53,452 nt of DNA, taken from contig JBBWZW010000106.1 of assembly GCA_039649305.1 (NCBI GenBank), positions 1-53,452 on the forward strand, read 5' to 3'. Of this stretch, positions 12,964-24,335 are shown piece by piece (position 1 is the stretch's first letter; each line of letters opens with the position of its first letter). The translations under genes and the position numbers were made by a program. Below the pieces are notes generated by a model. It saw only the letters and a list, made by a program, of their open reading frames with translations, was not told the DNA's origin and did no database searches. Source of the DNA: Burkholderiales bacterium (GTDB lineage: Bacteria; Pseudomonadota; Gammaproteobacteria; Burkholderiales; Burkholderiaceae_D).

Positions 12964-12973
12964 TGGCTAGGCT

Positions 12974-13639
12974 TTACGCATGTCCCACGTCGCCCGCCAG
13001 CATCATCGGATCTATACCCAGCAGTTTGATGGCGGCGGCAAAGCGCTGCTCTATCGGCAGGTCAAAGATGATGGAGGGGTCGGCACGCACCGTGAGCCAT
13101 CCGTTCCTGGAAATTTCATCCTCAAGTTGACCCGCACTCCATCCGGCACAGCCGAGGGTGACCAGCAGGCGCTCCGGTCCGCGGCCGATCGCTGCCGCTT
13201 CCAGCACATCCTTCGACGTCGTCAGGCCGACCTCGTCCGTCACCCTCATGGTCGACGAGAAAGTGCCCACCGGCGAGTGCAGCACGAAGCCGCGCTCGAC
13301 TTGCACCGGGCCGCCGAACATGACCAGCCTTGGGTCCAAGGAAATGCGTTTGGCGGCAATCTCGAGCTTCAGGTCGATGCGCTCGAACAAGACGTCCATC
13401 GTCATGTCGGTCGGCTTGTTGATGATCACGCCCAGGGCGCCGCTGTCGTTATGTTCGCAAACATAGATGACCGTGCCACCGAAAATCGGATCGAGCATGG
13501 ACGGCATCGCAATCAGGAAATGATCGGCCAGTTGGAGGTCGCTGGAAGACACGGCGTCAAATGCTTCGGAAAAATCGGGTGTATCCTGAGCGCGCCCAGG
13601 CTTGGATGGGGATCTACGTGACTTGCTTTGCTTCACCAT
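12974..13639 (-). CDS. YqgE/AlgH family protein
   Basis: HFLIAMP, GALGVIINKP, GGPVQVERGFVLH, GWSAGQLE and C-terminal GHA; start uncertain. Confidence 0.92.
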   Translation of the reverse strand: MVKQSKSRRSPSKPGRAQDTPDFSEAFDAVSSSDLQLADHFLIAMPSMLDPIFGGTVIYVCEHNDSGALGVIINKPTDMTMDVLFERIDLKLEIAAKRISLDPRLVMFGGPVQVERGFVLHSPVGTFSSTMRVTDEVGLTTSKDVLEAAAIGRGPERLLVTLGCAGWSAGQLEDEISRNGWLTVRADPSIIFDLPIEQRFAAAIKLLGIDPMMLAGDVGHA

Positions 13640-13717
13640 GATGAGCATTTTAGCAGTTTTACGTCCAGGCCTCTCGAAGCAGGACAGTACAAAAAGGCCT
13701 TAAACAGAAAAGTAAGT

Positions 13718-15196
13718 ATGCAGAAATTTCGCAAGTCGCTCGTATGGTTCCGCCGGGACCTGCGCAGCTTTGACCACGCGGCGCTTTATCATGCCCTGAA
13801 ACAAAGCGACGCGGTGTACTGCGTCTTTGTGTTCGATAACGAGATTCTGGGCAAATTATCGCGCCATGACCGCCGGGTCGAATTCATCCATGACTGTGTA
13901 GCAGAACTGGATGCCGAATTGCGCCGGCTCGGCGGCGCGCTTATTGTCAGTCATGCAACGGCCACGGAAGAAATCCCGCGACTGGCTGTCCGGCTTGGGG
14001 TCGATGCCGTGTTTGCCAACCATGACTATGAACCCCAGGCGATCGAGCGCGACGCCAGGGTTGCGCAGGCGCTTCGCGCAAGCGGCCGCTCATGGCTGAC
14101 TTTCAAGGATCAGGTGATCTTCGAAAAGGTCGAAGTGCTGTCGCAGGCCGGCGCCCCGTTTTCAGTATTTACGCCATACAAGAACGCATGGCTCAGGAAG
14201 CTGCACTCCGAAGGCGGGGATTTTTATTTGCAGCCCTACCCTGTTGATTCATACAGTTCACGATTGGCGCAATGCACAGAGTCGGCGCAGCACAGCATAC
14301 CGCCGCTCCCCGCGCTTGGCTTCGAGAAGACCAACCTGTCGTCGCTCGGTATAACGCCCGGCATGTCAGGCGGACAGGCACGGCTGGCCGACTTTGCAGG
14401 CCGCATGGGCAACTATCACCTGACGCGCGACTTCCCGGCCGTCAAGGGACCGTCTTACCTGTCAGTGCATCTGCGCTTTGGCACCGTCTCAATTCGCGCT
14501 CTCGCCCGGCTCGCCGTTCATTCGATGAGGATGGATGCCGTCGGCAGCAGCGGCGCGGCGACCTGGCTGTCCGAGCTGATCTGGCGCGACTTCTACTTCA
14601 TGATCCTGCATCATCATCCGCATGTGGAGGGACGTGCCTTCAAACCGGAATACGACGGTATCCGCTGGGAGACGGGAGCCGAATCCGATGCTTTATTCGA
14701 AGCATGGTGCTCCGGCCGGACCGGTTATCCGCTGGTCGATGCGGCGATGGCACAGCTCAACCAAACCGGTTACATGCATAACCGCTTGCGCATGGTAACG
14801 GCATCGTTCCTGATCAAAGATCTCGGCATTGACTGGCGGCGCGGAGAGCGCTATTTCGCCCGGCAGCTGAATGACTACGATCTGGCAGCCAATAACGGCG
14901 GCTGGCAATGGGCCGCGTCCACCGGTTGCGATGCGCAGCCCTGGTTTCGCATCTTCAATCCGGTGACCCAGTCGAAAAAGTTCGACCCCAAAGGAAGCTT
15001 CATCCGGCGTTACCTGCCGCAGCTCGACAAGATTCCCGACAAATTTATCCACACCCCGTGGTTGATGCCTGGAGCAGACGCTCCGGAGCTCGATTATCCG
15101 ATGCCAGTCGTGCAGCACGATGCTGCACGCGAGAAGACTCTGGCGCGGTATGCGGTTGTCAAAAACGTGCAGGCACCGTCCGGGGACGAGGTTTAA
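13718..15196 (+). CDS. phrB: Deoxyribodipyrimidine (CPD) photolyase
   Basis: WFRRDLR, SYLSVHLRFG, ELIWRDFY, TGYPLVDAAM, MHNRLRM, NNGGWQW and FRIFNP; start set at ATG 13718. Confidence 0.92.
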   Translation: MQKFRKSLVWFRRDLRSFDHAALYHALKQSDAVYCVFVFDNEILGKLSRHDRRVEFIHDCVAELDAELRRLGGALIVSHATATEEIPRLAVRLGVDAVFANHDYEPQAIERDARVAQALRASGRSWLTFKDQVIFEKVEVLSQAGAPFSVFTPYKNAWLRKLHSEGGDFYLQPYPVDSYSSRLAQCTESAQHSIPPLPALGFEKTNLSSLGITPGMSGGQARLADFAGRMGNYHLTRDFPAVKGPSYLSVHLRFGTVSIRALARLAVHSMRMDAVGSSGAATWLSELIWRDFYFMILHHHPHVEGRAFKPEYDGIRWETGAESDALFEAWCSGRTGYPLVDAAMAQLNQTGYMHNRLRMVTASFLIKDLGIDWRRGERYFARQLNDYDLAANNGGWQWAASTGCDAQPWFRIFNPVTQSKKFDPKGSFIRRYLPQLDKIPDKFIHTPWLMPGADAPELDYPMPVVQHDAAREKTLARYAVVKNVQAPSGDEV

Positions 15197-15217
15197 CCCG
15201 GTTGTCCGCCGCCCAAA

Positions 15218-15250
15218 ATAAAAAACCCGCAGTAAACTGCGGGTTTTTAT
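15218..15250. terminator. Bidirectional intrinsic terminator between convergent phrB and chpA
   Basis: ATAAAAAACCCGCAG-TAAA-CTGCGGGTTTTTAT: GC stem with an A tract before and a T tract after. Confidence 0.9.
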
Positions 15251-15265
15251 CCGGAAGCACCAGCA

Positions 15266-18200
15266 TCAGGCGACCGGTAGATCTTTCTTGACGAACCCGG
15301 CAATCAGGTTGAGCAGACGCTCTTCCTGATACGGCTTGCCGAGATATTCATTGACGCCTAATTCCATCGCGTAGTTACGATGCTTTTCGGCGGTACGCGA
15401 CGTGATCATGATGATCGGAATGCGCCGGGTCCGTTCATCGCCGCGCACGTTGCGGGTCAGGTCGAAACCATCCATCCGCGGCATCTCGATATCCACCAGC
15501 ATTACGTCTGGCGAAATCGACTGCAGATGTTCCAGCGCGTCGACGCCGTCCTTGGCCAGTACGACCTGATACCCCTCGCGGGACAGCAGTCGCTGCGTCA
15601 CGCGACGGACCGTCAGCGAGTCGTCCACCACCATCACGATACTTTGCGTGCGCAGCCCCTGTATCGGTCCGGCCGCCGGCTCAGCCGGTTGCTTGCCAGC
15701 CATTTCCGCCACGGCCCCCATCGATTCCGGCGCACCGGACGACGTCAGACGCGGCGCGCGGACATACTCATGGACACCACGCTGTGCCAGGGGCACCGGG
15801 TTCACGATCAGGACGATTTCACCGGAACCCAATACAGTAGCCCCGGCAATCCCGATCATGCGTGCCAGCTGCGGTCCGATATTCTTGACCACCACCTCGC
15901 GGTTACCAACGATTTCGTCAACGTGGATCGCGACCCGGTCGGTGCCGCTTTTCAGAATCATCAGTGGCGAGTATTGCTGCGCAACGGGCGCCGCGTTCCT
16001 GTCGCCCAGCAATCCGGGCAGATAGTACAGCGGTACGCGCTGCCCTTGCCACACGACAGCGCCATCGTTGTACGCGGCCGCCAGCGGATTCGACTTGAGC
16101 TGCTGCACCTGCTCCACCAGTACCGAAGGCACGGCATATGTCTTGCCACCGCTGATTAACAATACAACCTGCGTCACCGCCAACGTCAGCGGCAGGTGGA
16201 TCGTGAACCGCGCGCCTTTGCCGCGTTCCGACCATGTGGAGACCCGTCCACCGAGAGCGGCAGCTTCGGAACGGACCACATCCATCCCGACCCCCCGGCC
16301 CGCCAGCTCGGTGACCGCGTCGGCCGTCGAGAAGCCCGGGTGGAAAATCAGGTCACGCACTTCTTCATCAGACAGGTTGCTTTCGTCCGTGAGCAGTCCG
16401 GTACTGATGGCTTTTTTACGGATACCGTCGAGATTCAGACCCTGGCCGTCATCCGCAAACTGGATGACGACTTCATTTCCCTCCTGGCGGATCTCAACCA
16501 GCAGTTCGCCGGTTTCGTCCTTGCCGGCCGCGCGGCGCATTTCACGCGATTCGATGCCGTGCACGATCGCGTTGCGCAGCAAGTGCTCGAACGGCCCTGC
16601 CATCTTTTCCAGGACGCTGCGGTCTATCTCCACCGCACTGCCGCGGATATCCAGATTGACCCGCTTGTCGAGCTCTTTGGCGGCCTGGCGTGTGACGCGA
16701 TACAACCGCTCCGAAATGCTCGCGAACTGCACCATGCGCACCCGCATCAGGTCCTGCTGGAGGTCGCGCGTCAGGCGCGCCTGGATGCCGAGGTCGCCGG
16801 TGGCGCTCTCCAGTGTGCGGCTCAGATTCTGTTGTACCGAACCGACGTCGTTGACGCTCTCGGCCATCATGCGCGTTAATTCCTGCAGGCGCGTAAAGCG
16901 GTCGAACTCCAACGGGTCGAATTCGCGGTCGGCCGAATGCGCCATTCGCGACGTAATCTGTGTCTCGGCCTGCATCTCGATCTCACGCAACTGGTCGCGC
17001 AAGCGAACTACGTTTTCGGTCAGTTCCGACAAGGATTGCCGTAATGTCCCGACTTCGGTTTCGAGTCGGGAGCGCGAAATCGATACTTCACCGGCCTGGT
17101 TCACAAGGCGATCGAGAATATCGGCGCGCACCCGCACCAGCGGAACCGGCGCGGCATTGGCAGCGGGCTTGGCGACCGGCATCGCAGCATTGTGAAAACG
17201 GTCGCTGTGAGCCGGCATTAGCGGCGCCAGAACCAACGACTCCCCATTGGTTTCCTGCCCGCCGGCGCCGGCAGCCTGCGCTTCGGTCACGAGACTGAGG
17301 GCACCGCCTTCCAGCGCAGCTTGCTTGCTCGCGCCAGGGTTCTGCAACTCCTCGAACAGATGCAACGCGTGGTCATAGCGAACCAGCAAGTCGTCGATCG
17401 CCTGCGGCGAAGGAGTCCCGATATGCATCAGGTTTTCAATACGGGTTTCCATTTCATGGAAATGCTGGCCGAGCCGCATCGCGCCCGCCATCCGCGCACT
17501 GCCCTTCAGGGTATGCAAAAGACGCAATAACGACTGCGGTGATGCAGCGTTGCCCGGTTGCGCCTGCCATGAGCGCAACCCCTGCCCCATTTGCGGCAGC
17601 ATGTCTCGTCCTTCTTCCAGGAAAACCGGCAGCAGATCCGCATCGAGCTCATCCTTGATCTGCGTAACCGCATCATGCGGCGCGGAATGTCCCTGTGTGG
17701 AAGGCAGTTCAGCAACATCGGCTTCGCTCTGGCTCGCGGGTGCTACGGGCACTGCGGGCAGCTCGGGTTCCGGGTCAGCTTGCGTGAGCGGGACGGAGTG
17801 AAGCACGGTCGAAGGAGCGACGATACTCGCGACTGCAGGCGCCGATGGCACCTCGTGCTGGACTTCCGATCGGCGATCCACCTCACGCAACATGTTGGCC
17901 AACTGGCGCACATGTTCCGGTTCATGCGCCGGCATTTCGCAGAGAGCAAATTTCTGCAGCATCAGCTTCAATCGCTCGACGCTATGCTCCAGGGTATCGA
18001 ATTCGGTGGTCGTCAACCGGACCGGCTTGCGCGAAAGGAACTGCAAAACCCGTTCAAGCGCATGCGCCACTTCCTGCAACGGGGTAAATCCCACCGTAGC
18101 GGAGCTGCCCGCGAGCGAGTGAGCCGCGTGCACCGATTGAATCGTGACGTGCCGCTCCGACTCGTGGCGCCACTCAGCGATATCCTGCGATAACAGCCGC

Positions 18201-21200
18201 ACCAGCTCGTCGGTTTCCGCCAGGTAGATGTTGTGCAGCGGGACGCTGATTTCGAGGTCGCCGATACGCTTGATATGATCATTCTGCGCCGTTGGCGGCG
18301 CATGCATGCTCGGGAACTCTATGACTTCTGCAAGGGATATGACTGGAGGCGCAACGGGCGGCTCAACAGGCATCTCAACCGGTGAGGCAGATAGCTCAGG
18401 CTCGACGACTTCACCCGAGGCCTCGAGCTCGATGTCGTTTGCAGACGCGGTGCCGTCCATACGGAACATGGCGAGATCGGCGTCCGACAACTGGATTTCC
18501 TGAACTTCCGGCAGGGCGGGCGAAAAGTCCCCGACCATGTCATCGATGGCGCTTTCCTGGCTCGCTTCCGCTAGGACCGGTTCAGTTTCAGCCTGCAGTT
18601 CGGGTTCTGTCTCAAACGTCTCTTCCACAGCCTCGGCCGATGCGACGACTTCTGCGTCCGCGACTGTATCGGCTGACGCCGTTATTTCCTGTACCTCGGA
18701 CGCCGCCTCGACGGGCGCAAGCACCGCATCGTCGGCTTCGAATGTGAATGCACCACCCGCCTGCACGCGCTCGGCTGCCGCAACGATTGCGTGTGGTGTG
18801 CAGTCCGACCTGCCATGCAGCTTCAGGTCCTCGACCCAGGCGCCGAGCACCTCGGCGGTCTTGTCGAGTAGCGCGTACAAATCGGTGTCGCCGCCGCGTG
18901 ATTCCGACAACCGCACGTTCATGACCTGCTCGATGCTCCACGCGGCCTCGCCAAATGCCATCAGTCCCACCATGCGGCCACTACCCTTGAGGGTATGGAA
19001 AGAACGCCGCAACGTGGTCAGGTGCTCCTGGCTATGCGGCGCGCTGCGCGATTCGGGTACGGTCTGGTTTACGCATGCCAGCACTTCTTCGGCTTCCATC
19101 AGGAAGATTTCGAGCAGTTCCGCGTCGATTGCTTCATCGGTCGACGGTGCAACGACGGCCGGCAACGGTTGCGGCTGCGCCGGAGCCGGTGCGTTGATGA
19201 GCTGCGCCAGTGCGTCTTGTGACGCCGCGAAATCGGGCCGCTTCAGCAGCTCAATGCCAGCTTTCGCGCGATCGCTCGCTTCCGGATTGTCGATCAGCTT
19301 TGCGTCCCGTTGGATTTGCTCAAGCGATTCCTTGAGCTGCTCCTGCAGGGCCGGGTTGTCCGGTTGTTCGGTGAGGGATTTCGCCAGCTCTGCAGATTCG
19401 CGTTGGTGGTGGGCCAGCTCCTCTTCTACCGTTGGCAGGACAGGAGCTTCAGGAAAAAAAGGTCCGGGGTCTCCTTTTTCCGGATCCGCCGGTAGCTGGG
19501 CCGCGTCGTCTGATGCCGCTGCAAGCGTCGTTTTTTTCTCGAGCATCCTGGCCTGGAATACGCCGCGCTCGCTGTCAAATGAGAACCGGGTCCTGGCGCC
19601 GTCTTCATTAAGCTGCAATGACTCGATGAAGAAGCTCAGCGCGCCTATGTTTTGCGCAACCTTCTGGAACTCCTGCTGATCCGGTGCGGCTTCCGGGTCT
19701 GACTCGGCAAAACGCTGTACCGCTGACCTTGTATGCTGGACGGCGCGCATCGCGTCTTCCTGATCCAGGATGGCCAACGCTCCCTCTACCTGGTGCAGGA
19801 TTGAATCGAGCTGTCCGAGCGCGGCGCGCTGCGCCGGATCCCTGAAATACTCATCCAGCATTTTCTCGACCTGGCGCAGGCTCGATTGCATTTCACCGGC
19901 CAGCGCCGTCATGGTCTGCCGTTGCTGCGCCTCGCGCGACATGTCGTCCAGCCATTGCGCCGATTCCGTCGGCATCTCGCCGGAAACGATAGACAGCAAC
20001 CTTGCTGTCAATGCTTCGGCGCGCTCCCCGAAATTATCGGACAGGCGCACGATGTGATTCAGCGCATTCTCGACGAACAACAGGCTGGTCGCCATTTCCA
20101 GGCCCAGGCTGTCGCCGGGACTCGCATGGGCCGCATGCCGTGCAATGCCGCTGAGCTCGCGCAATAATTTGCTGAACGATGGAGGATTGAGCTTCGAGCC
20201 GGCTTCGGCCAGGCCGCGCATTTCATGCTCGAACGAATCGGCCGCGCTGAAATCGCCTCCCGCGATCCGGTTCCACATGCTTTTCGCCTGCGACAAACGC
20301 TCTTTTGCCACACCCAGCGCTTCCAGGTCGACTTGCCCATAGCGCTTTTTTTCGTAGTCGGCGGGCACCAGACCGTCCAACTGGTAGGCACTGCGAATTT
20401 TCTGGGCGCGAGGGGACGGATTCCTGGCTTGCGCGATGAAGAACAAGGCATCGCGCAACAACCTTTCCGCAGTGCTGGAAGATCCCTGGCTCAGGCGCCG
20501 GATCTGCATATTGATACGGGCAAAAAGCTGCTTGACGTAGATCTCGTTCTGAATCAGGCCCGCTGCCACGACGTCGGCAAAACCATGCATCACCCACCAG
20601 AAACCAAGCGATTGCTGATTGCTTTGACGCAGCTCGATCTCCGAAATCACGTCACGCATCAGCCCGGCATTCGCCATTTCCGCGTTGCGATCGGTACTCT
20701 TCAGGAACGGCAGCAGGGATCTTTCGAAACGCTGGCGCAGTCCGGCGTAGTCAGCCGGGTTCGCGGAAGAAGCTGATGCTGCCACCGGCAGCTGCGGCCT
20801 GATGGCAAGATTAGGGAAAAACAGATCTGCCGGATGGATTCTTTCGGCGCCACGCACCTCCAGTAAGGCGCGGTAGTAAGGGAATAGCCGCACCGGCTGG
20901 TGTGGAACACCGGACAACAATTCCTCGAGATACTCGACCAGCGCCTGATAGCTGTTGGCGATCGACCGTGCAAGGTCCTCGGTCAGCGAGAGCTGCGCGG
21001 TGTCTACGCGGTCCAGCAAGTCCTCCACCGTTTCCGTAATGATGGCAACCCCGTCCACATCGACGATTTGCAGTGCCCCATGCGCCTGGTGCAGGTAGGA
21101 TTTCGCATGCCGCAGCGAAGTGGATTTCGCTTCGGTTTCCTGGGTAACGGCTTCCTGCAGCGCCGTCTTCGAACGGTTCAGCGCTTCACGAATTTCACCC

Positions 21201-21274
21201 ATCACCCAGGACAGCGGCCCGGTATCAAAGTTATCCCGGGCACCTTGCGGTTGAGCGGAAGAAGGGGTGGTCAT
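15266..21274 (-). CDS. chpA: ChpA chemosensory hybrid kinase (multiple Hpt, HATPase, CheW, REC)
   Basis: Hpt motifs FHTLKGSG, AHSLAGSS and LHTLKGSA; LEFDRFT, HLLRNAIVHGIE and GRGVGMDVV; C-terminal REC (VVDDS, DIEMPRMDG). Confidence 0.95.
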   Translation of the reverse strand: MTTPSSAQPQGARDNFDTGPLSWVMGEIREALNRSKTALQEAVTQETEAKSTSLRHAKSYLHQAHGALQIVDVDGVAIITETVEDLLDRVDTAQLSLTEDLARSIANSYQALVEYLEELLSGVPHQPVRLFPYYRALLEVRGAERIHPADLFFPNLAIRPQLPVAASASSANPADYAGLRQRFERSLLPFLKSTDRNAEMANAGLMRDVISEIELRQSNQQSLGFWWVMHGFADVVAAGLIQNEIYVKQLFARINMQIRRLSQGSSSTAERLLRDALFFIAQARNPSPRAQKIRSAYQLDGLVPADYEKKRYGQVDLEALGVAKERLSQAKSMWNRIAGGDFSAADSFEHEMRGLAEAGSKLNPPSFSKLLRELSGIARHAAHASPGDSLGLEMATSLLFVENALNHIVRLSDNFGERAEALTARLLSIVSGEMPTESAQWLDDMSREAQQRQTMTALAGEMQSSLRQVEKMLDEYFRDPAQRAALGQLDSILHQVEGALAILDQEDAMRAVQHTRSAVQRFAESDPEAAPDQQEFQKVAQNIGALSFFIESLQLNEDGARTRFSFDSERGVFQARMLEKKTTLAAASDDAAQLPADPEKGDPGPFFPEAPVLPTVEEELAHHQRESAELAKSLTEQPDNPALQEQLKESLEQIQRDAKLIDNPEASDRAKAGIELLKRPDFAASQDALAQLINAPAPAQPQPLPAVVAPSTDEAIDAELLEIFLMEAEEVLACVNQTVPESRSAPHSQEHLTTLRRSFHTLKGSGRMVGLMAFGEAAWSIEQVMNVRLSESRGGDTDLYALLDKTAEVLGAWVEDLKLHGRSDCTPHAIVAAAERVQAGGAFTFEADDAVLAPVEAASEVQEITASADTVADAEVVASAEAVEETFETEPELQAETEPVLAEASQESAIDDMVGDFSPALPEVQEIQLSDADLAMFRMDGTASANDIELEASGEVVEPELSASPVEMPVEPPVAPPVISLAEVIEFPSMHAPPTAQNDHIKRIGDLEISVPLHNIYLAETDELVRLLSQDIAEWRHESERHVTIQSVHAAHSLAGSSATVGFTPLQEVAHALERVLQFLSRKPVRLTTTEFDTLEHSVERLKLMLQKFALCEMPAHEPEHVRQLANMLREVDRRSEVQHEVPSAPAVASIVAPSTVLHSVPLTQADPEPELPAVPVAPASQSEADVAELPSTQGHSAPHDAVTQIKDELDADLLPVFLEEGRDMLPQMGQGLRSWQAQPGNAASPQSLLRLLHTLKGSARMAGAMRLGQHFHEMETRIENLMHIGTPSPQAIDDLLVRYDHALHLFEELQNPGASKQAALEGGALSLVTEAQAAGAGGQETNGESLVLAPLMPAHSDRFHNAAMPVAKPAANAAPVPLVRVRADILDRLVNQAGEVSISRSRLETEVGTLRQSLSELTENVVRLRDQLREIEMQAETQITSRMAHSADREFDPLEFDRFTRLQELTRMMAESVNDVGSVQQNLSRTLESATGDLGIQARLTRDLQQDLMRVRMVQFASISERLYRVTRQAAKELDKRVNLDIRGSAVEIDRSVLEKMAGPFEHLLRNAIVHGIESREMRRAAGKDETGELLVEIRQEGNEVVIQFADDGQGLNLDGIRKKAISTGLLTDESNLSDEEVRDLIFHPGFSTADAVTELAGRGVGMDVVRSEAAALGGRVSTWSERGKGARFTIHLPLTLAVTQVVLLISGGKTYAVPSVLVEQVQQLKSNPLAAAYNDGAVVWQGQRVPLYYLPGLLGDRNAAPVAQQYSPLMILKSGTDRVAIHVDEIVGNREVVVKNIGPQLARMIGIAGATVLGSGEIVLIVNPVPLAQRGVHEYVRAPRLTSSGAPESMGAVAEMAGKQPAEPAAGPIQGLRTQSIVMVVDDSLTVRRVTQRLLSREGYQVVLAKDGVDALEHLQSISPDVMLVDIEMPRMDGFDLTRNVRGDERTRRIPIIMITSRTAEKHRNYAMELGVNEYLGKPYQEERLLNLIAGFVKKDLPVA

Positions 21275-21371
21275 GACTGCCTCGCGAAGGGTTCAAGCAG
21301 TGACGGGCGCTTCAACGGCCAGTCACCATACATCATTGATGGGTCACACAGGACCGGCAAAGGAGTTTCGA

Positions 21372-23696
21372 TCAAGCGGTCACACGGAAACGGGAGACGG
21401 AATTCTTGAGCTCTTCGGCCAGCTTCGACAATTCGCGAATGGATTGCGCGGTCTGCTGCGTGCCCTCCTGCGTTTGCTCGGTTACCGTCAGGATGTTCTG
21501 GATGTTTTGCGCGACACCATTGGCCGAGGTGGCCTGCTGCTCGGTTGCCGAGGAGATACTCTGAATCAGGTCCGCGAGACGGTTCGACACCAGCCGGATT
21601 TCGGACAGCGCGGCGCCGGCCGCATCGGAAAGCTTGGCTCCTTCAACTACACCCTGCGTCGATTTTTCCATAGCCGCTACCGCATCGTGGGTATCCGTCT
21701 GAATCGTACGGACCAGCGCGCCGATCTGCTTGGTCGCCTCACCGGAACGTTCCGCCAGGCGCTGAACCTCTTCCGCAACCACCGAGAAGCCGCGCCCTGC
21801 TTCACCGGCCGACGCGGCCTGGATTGCCGCATTCAGCGCCAGCACGTTGGTCTGTTCGGTAATGTCGGAAATCAGCTCAGTGATCTCGCCAATCTCCTGC
21901 GACGATTCGCCCAGCCGCTTGATTCGCTTCGAGGTTTCCTGGATTTGTTCGCGGATCTCGTTCATGCCCTTGATAGCGTCTTCCACCGCCCTTGCGCCTT
22001 GCTCTGCAGCGGACACCGACTGGCGCGCCACTTCGGCGGACTCGTTCGCGGACTTGGACACATCGGTAATCTGTACGGCCATCTCGAGCACGGCCTGGCC
22101 GGTTTCCTGAATCTCACGCGATTGTTGCTGGGATGCGCGCAGCAGTTCGCTCGAAATGTTTTGCGCCTGGTTGGACGCCGACGTAACCTGTTCAGCAGTT
22201 TTGGTCACCCGGCCTACGAGGCCGCGCAATTCTTCCACTGTGTAGTTAACCGAGTCGGCGATTGCGCCGGTAATGTCTTCCGAAACGGTGGCCTGGACGG
22301 TAAGGTCGCCGTCCGCTACTTCCTGCAATTCGTTCATAAGGCGCAAAATCGCGGCCTGGTTCTGGTCATTCGCGGCTTTTGCTTCTTCCTCTTTCTTCAA
22401 TGCCTGCAAGCGCTGCTCATCCGCTTCCTGGCGGCGCACGTCGGCGTCCTTGGTACGGTTACGGCTGTCCTGCAACAACACCAACGCAATGCCCACCGAG
22501 GCAAGCAGCGCAACCAGCGCGCTGCCCAACATCAGCCAGAAAGACCAGCTCAATGAATCTTCTTCCCCGCGGTACGCTTGTTGCAAGTTGGTCAGGCGCT
22601 GCTTCAACGTTTCGTTTTCTGCAAAGATCAGTTGCTCGCCCTGCTTCGCGGCAATGAAGTTTTGCAGGTTGCCGAGGATGGTCGCCACTGATTGTTGGTA
22701 TTCGGCGAAAACACCTTGCAGTTCGGTCAGCTTTTCACGCGTATCCTGGTCCTTGGTAGCGGTCAATCGCAATATGTCGCTGCCATTCAGGAATCCTTCG
22801 GCAATGTCGCGAAAGGTGTTGGTGTCCTTGCCGAGCAAGAACGCCGTTTCCGGATTCACACCTTCGGAAGTCAGAAATTCGTTTGCACTACGGCCTAGCC
22901 TCTGCGTCAGCATGACCAACTGGCCGGCAGCAGAAATCTCGCGCGGCGATGCGCCGCCTTGCGCCTTGAGCGTCGCGATTTGCTCGGTCAGCTCGAGCAG
23001 TACCGGCGACAGGGTATTCAGTTTTTGGAGCGTCGAGCCGAAGCCGGTCAGTTCCTTTTTCAACTTGAGAATAGTGTCTGCCGCCTTGTCCGAGTTTGTC
23101 CATACCTTCTGAGTCTCGTTCAGCATTCCTTCCAGGTGCACATTCGGGGCCGGGATATCACGTCCGAGATAATCTCCGCCTTTCAACAGGACGTTCAGGT
23201 CACGGTTGAACTCTTTCCGGCTGTCGTCGAGCTGTTTGAATGCTTCCAGGTTGCCCTGAATTGCGTTCGGCGCCGCCTTACCGATACGCTGCGAGTGCAT
23301 CAGCGCGTCACCGGCAATCTGCGTCTGCGTCGCAGCGAGTATCGAGTGATTGGAATTCATCCATACACCGAACACACCAAGGACGAGTGCAGTTGTCAGC
23401 ATCAGCAGCAGCACGCGGACCTGTTGCTGCAGCGGCAGATTTCCGATCAGGGGCAACTGGATGTCACCGCTTTTTTCCAGCGCGTCACCGATGAAGGTTG
23501 CATTCAAGCTGGACTCCGGTGCGCCCGGCGATGCCGTCTCTGCAGATTGGCCCGGGTTCTGCTCGGGATGGCCCATCACCGTGACGGGAGCTTCAGCGCG
23601 GATATAGGGGCCGCCCGGCGCACGCACAGCGCTGCCGCCTTCCCCGGCAAGTCCTTCCTCGTTACCCTTGGAAAAGAACGGTAGTCTAAACGCCAT
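21372..23696 (-). CDS. pilJ: PilJ methyl-accepting chemoreceptor
   Basis: Two TM segments, [19 protein letters not shown] and signalling tip [31 protein letters not shown]; start ATG 23696 after GGAG. Confidence 0.93.
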   Translation of the reverse strand: MAFRLPFFSKGNEEGLAGEGGSAVRAPGGPYIRAEAPVTVMGHPEQNPGQSAETASPGAPESSLNATFIGDALEKSGDIQLPLIGNLPLQQQVRVLLLMLTTALVLGVFGVWMNSNHSILAATQTQIAGDALMHSQRIGKAAPNAIQGNLEAFKQLDDSRKEFNRDLNVLLKGGDYLGRDIPAPNVHLEGMLNETQKVWTNSDKAADTILKLKKELTGFGSTLQKLNTLSPVLLELTEQIATLKAQGGASPREISAAGQLVMLTQRLGRSANEFLTSEGVNPETAFLLGKDTNTFRDIAEGFLNGSDILRLTATKDQDTREKLTELQGVFAEYQQSVATILGNLQNFIAAKQGEQLIFAENETLKQRLTNLQQAYRGEEDSLSWSFWLMLGSALVALLASVGIALVLLQDSRNRTKDADVRRQEADEQRLQALKKEEEAKAANDQNQAAILRLMNELQEVADGDLTVQATVSEDITGAIADSVNYTVEELRGLVGRVTKTAEQVTSASNQAQNISSELLRASQQQSREIQETGQAVLEMAVQITDVSKSANESAEVARQSVSAAEQGARAVEDAIKGMNEIREQIQETSKRIKRLGESSQEIGEITELISDITEQTNVLALNAAIQAASAGEAGRGFSVVAEEVQRLAERSGEATKQIGALVRTIQTDTHDAVAAMEKSTQGVVEGAKLSDAAGAALSEIRLVSNRLADLIQSISSATEQQATSANGVAQNIQNILTVTEQTQEGTQQTAQSIRELSKLAEELKNSVSRFRVTA

Positions 23697-23750
23697 TACT
23701 GAGTCTCCTAGCTGATTACGGTGTGCGACCAAGCCGCGCGAAGTCGCGGC

Positions 23751-24326
23751 TTACAGGCCAACATGCAAAAATTGCGGGTCTTGTACCATTAACGACAGAT
23801 TGAGTTCGGTCCACACTTGGGATTCGCGGTCGATATAACGCCGGACGGACCATGCCGCCGCGTTGCTGTCCGGAGCGGGCTGCGGCTCCATGTCGGCCAT
23901 ATTCCGTAGTCCCATGACGCGAGACACCAGCAAGCCGCTGTTGAACGACAATGCAGGGGCGAAAGCGATGATGCGGCACTCCTTGTCGACCGGCGTTGCG
24001 GGCAACCCCTGGAAATTCGCGAAGTCGACCACGCTGATCAGGTTGCCGCGAATATTGGTCAGGCCGAGGAACCATTCCTGGGTAAGAGGAACATTAGTGA
24101 TCGTACCTACCGATACGATTTCGCCGGCTTCCTGCAGATTCAGGAGCCAGCGGCTCTGCCCGATCATCACGCCAAGCTGGCTGACATGCTCCTGCGCGCC
24201 GCTGCGCACAGCCTGCATGCGTTCAAACAGCTGGGCCTGGAATTCGCGTAACCGGGTTCGGCGCGTGCCGGCATCGGGCTTGGTGGAGACTGCGTCCGAC
24301 ACGAGATCCGAATTGCGACGGTTCAT
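23751..24326 (-). CDS. pilI: PilI CheW-like adaptor
   Basis: VPLTQEWFLGLTNIRGNLISVVD; located between pilH and pilJ. Confidence 0.9.
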   Translation of the reverse strand: MNRRNSDLVSDAVSTKPDAGTRRTRLREFQAQLFERMQAVRSGAQEHVSQLGVMIGQSRWLLNLQEAGEIVSVGTITNVPLTQEWFLGLTNIRGNLISVVDFANFQGLPATPVDKECRIIAFAPALSFNSGLLVSRVMGLRNMADMEPQPAPDSNAAAWSVRRYIDRESQVWTELNLSLMVQDPQFLHVGL

Positions 24327-24335
24327 GAGAGCTCT

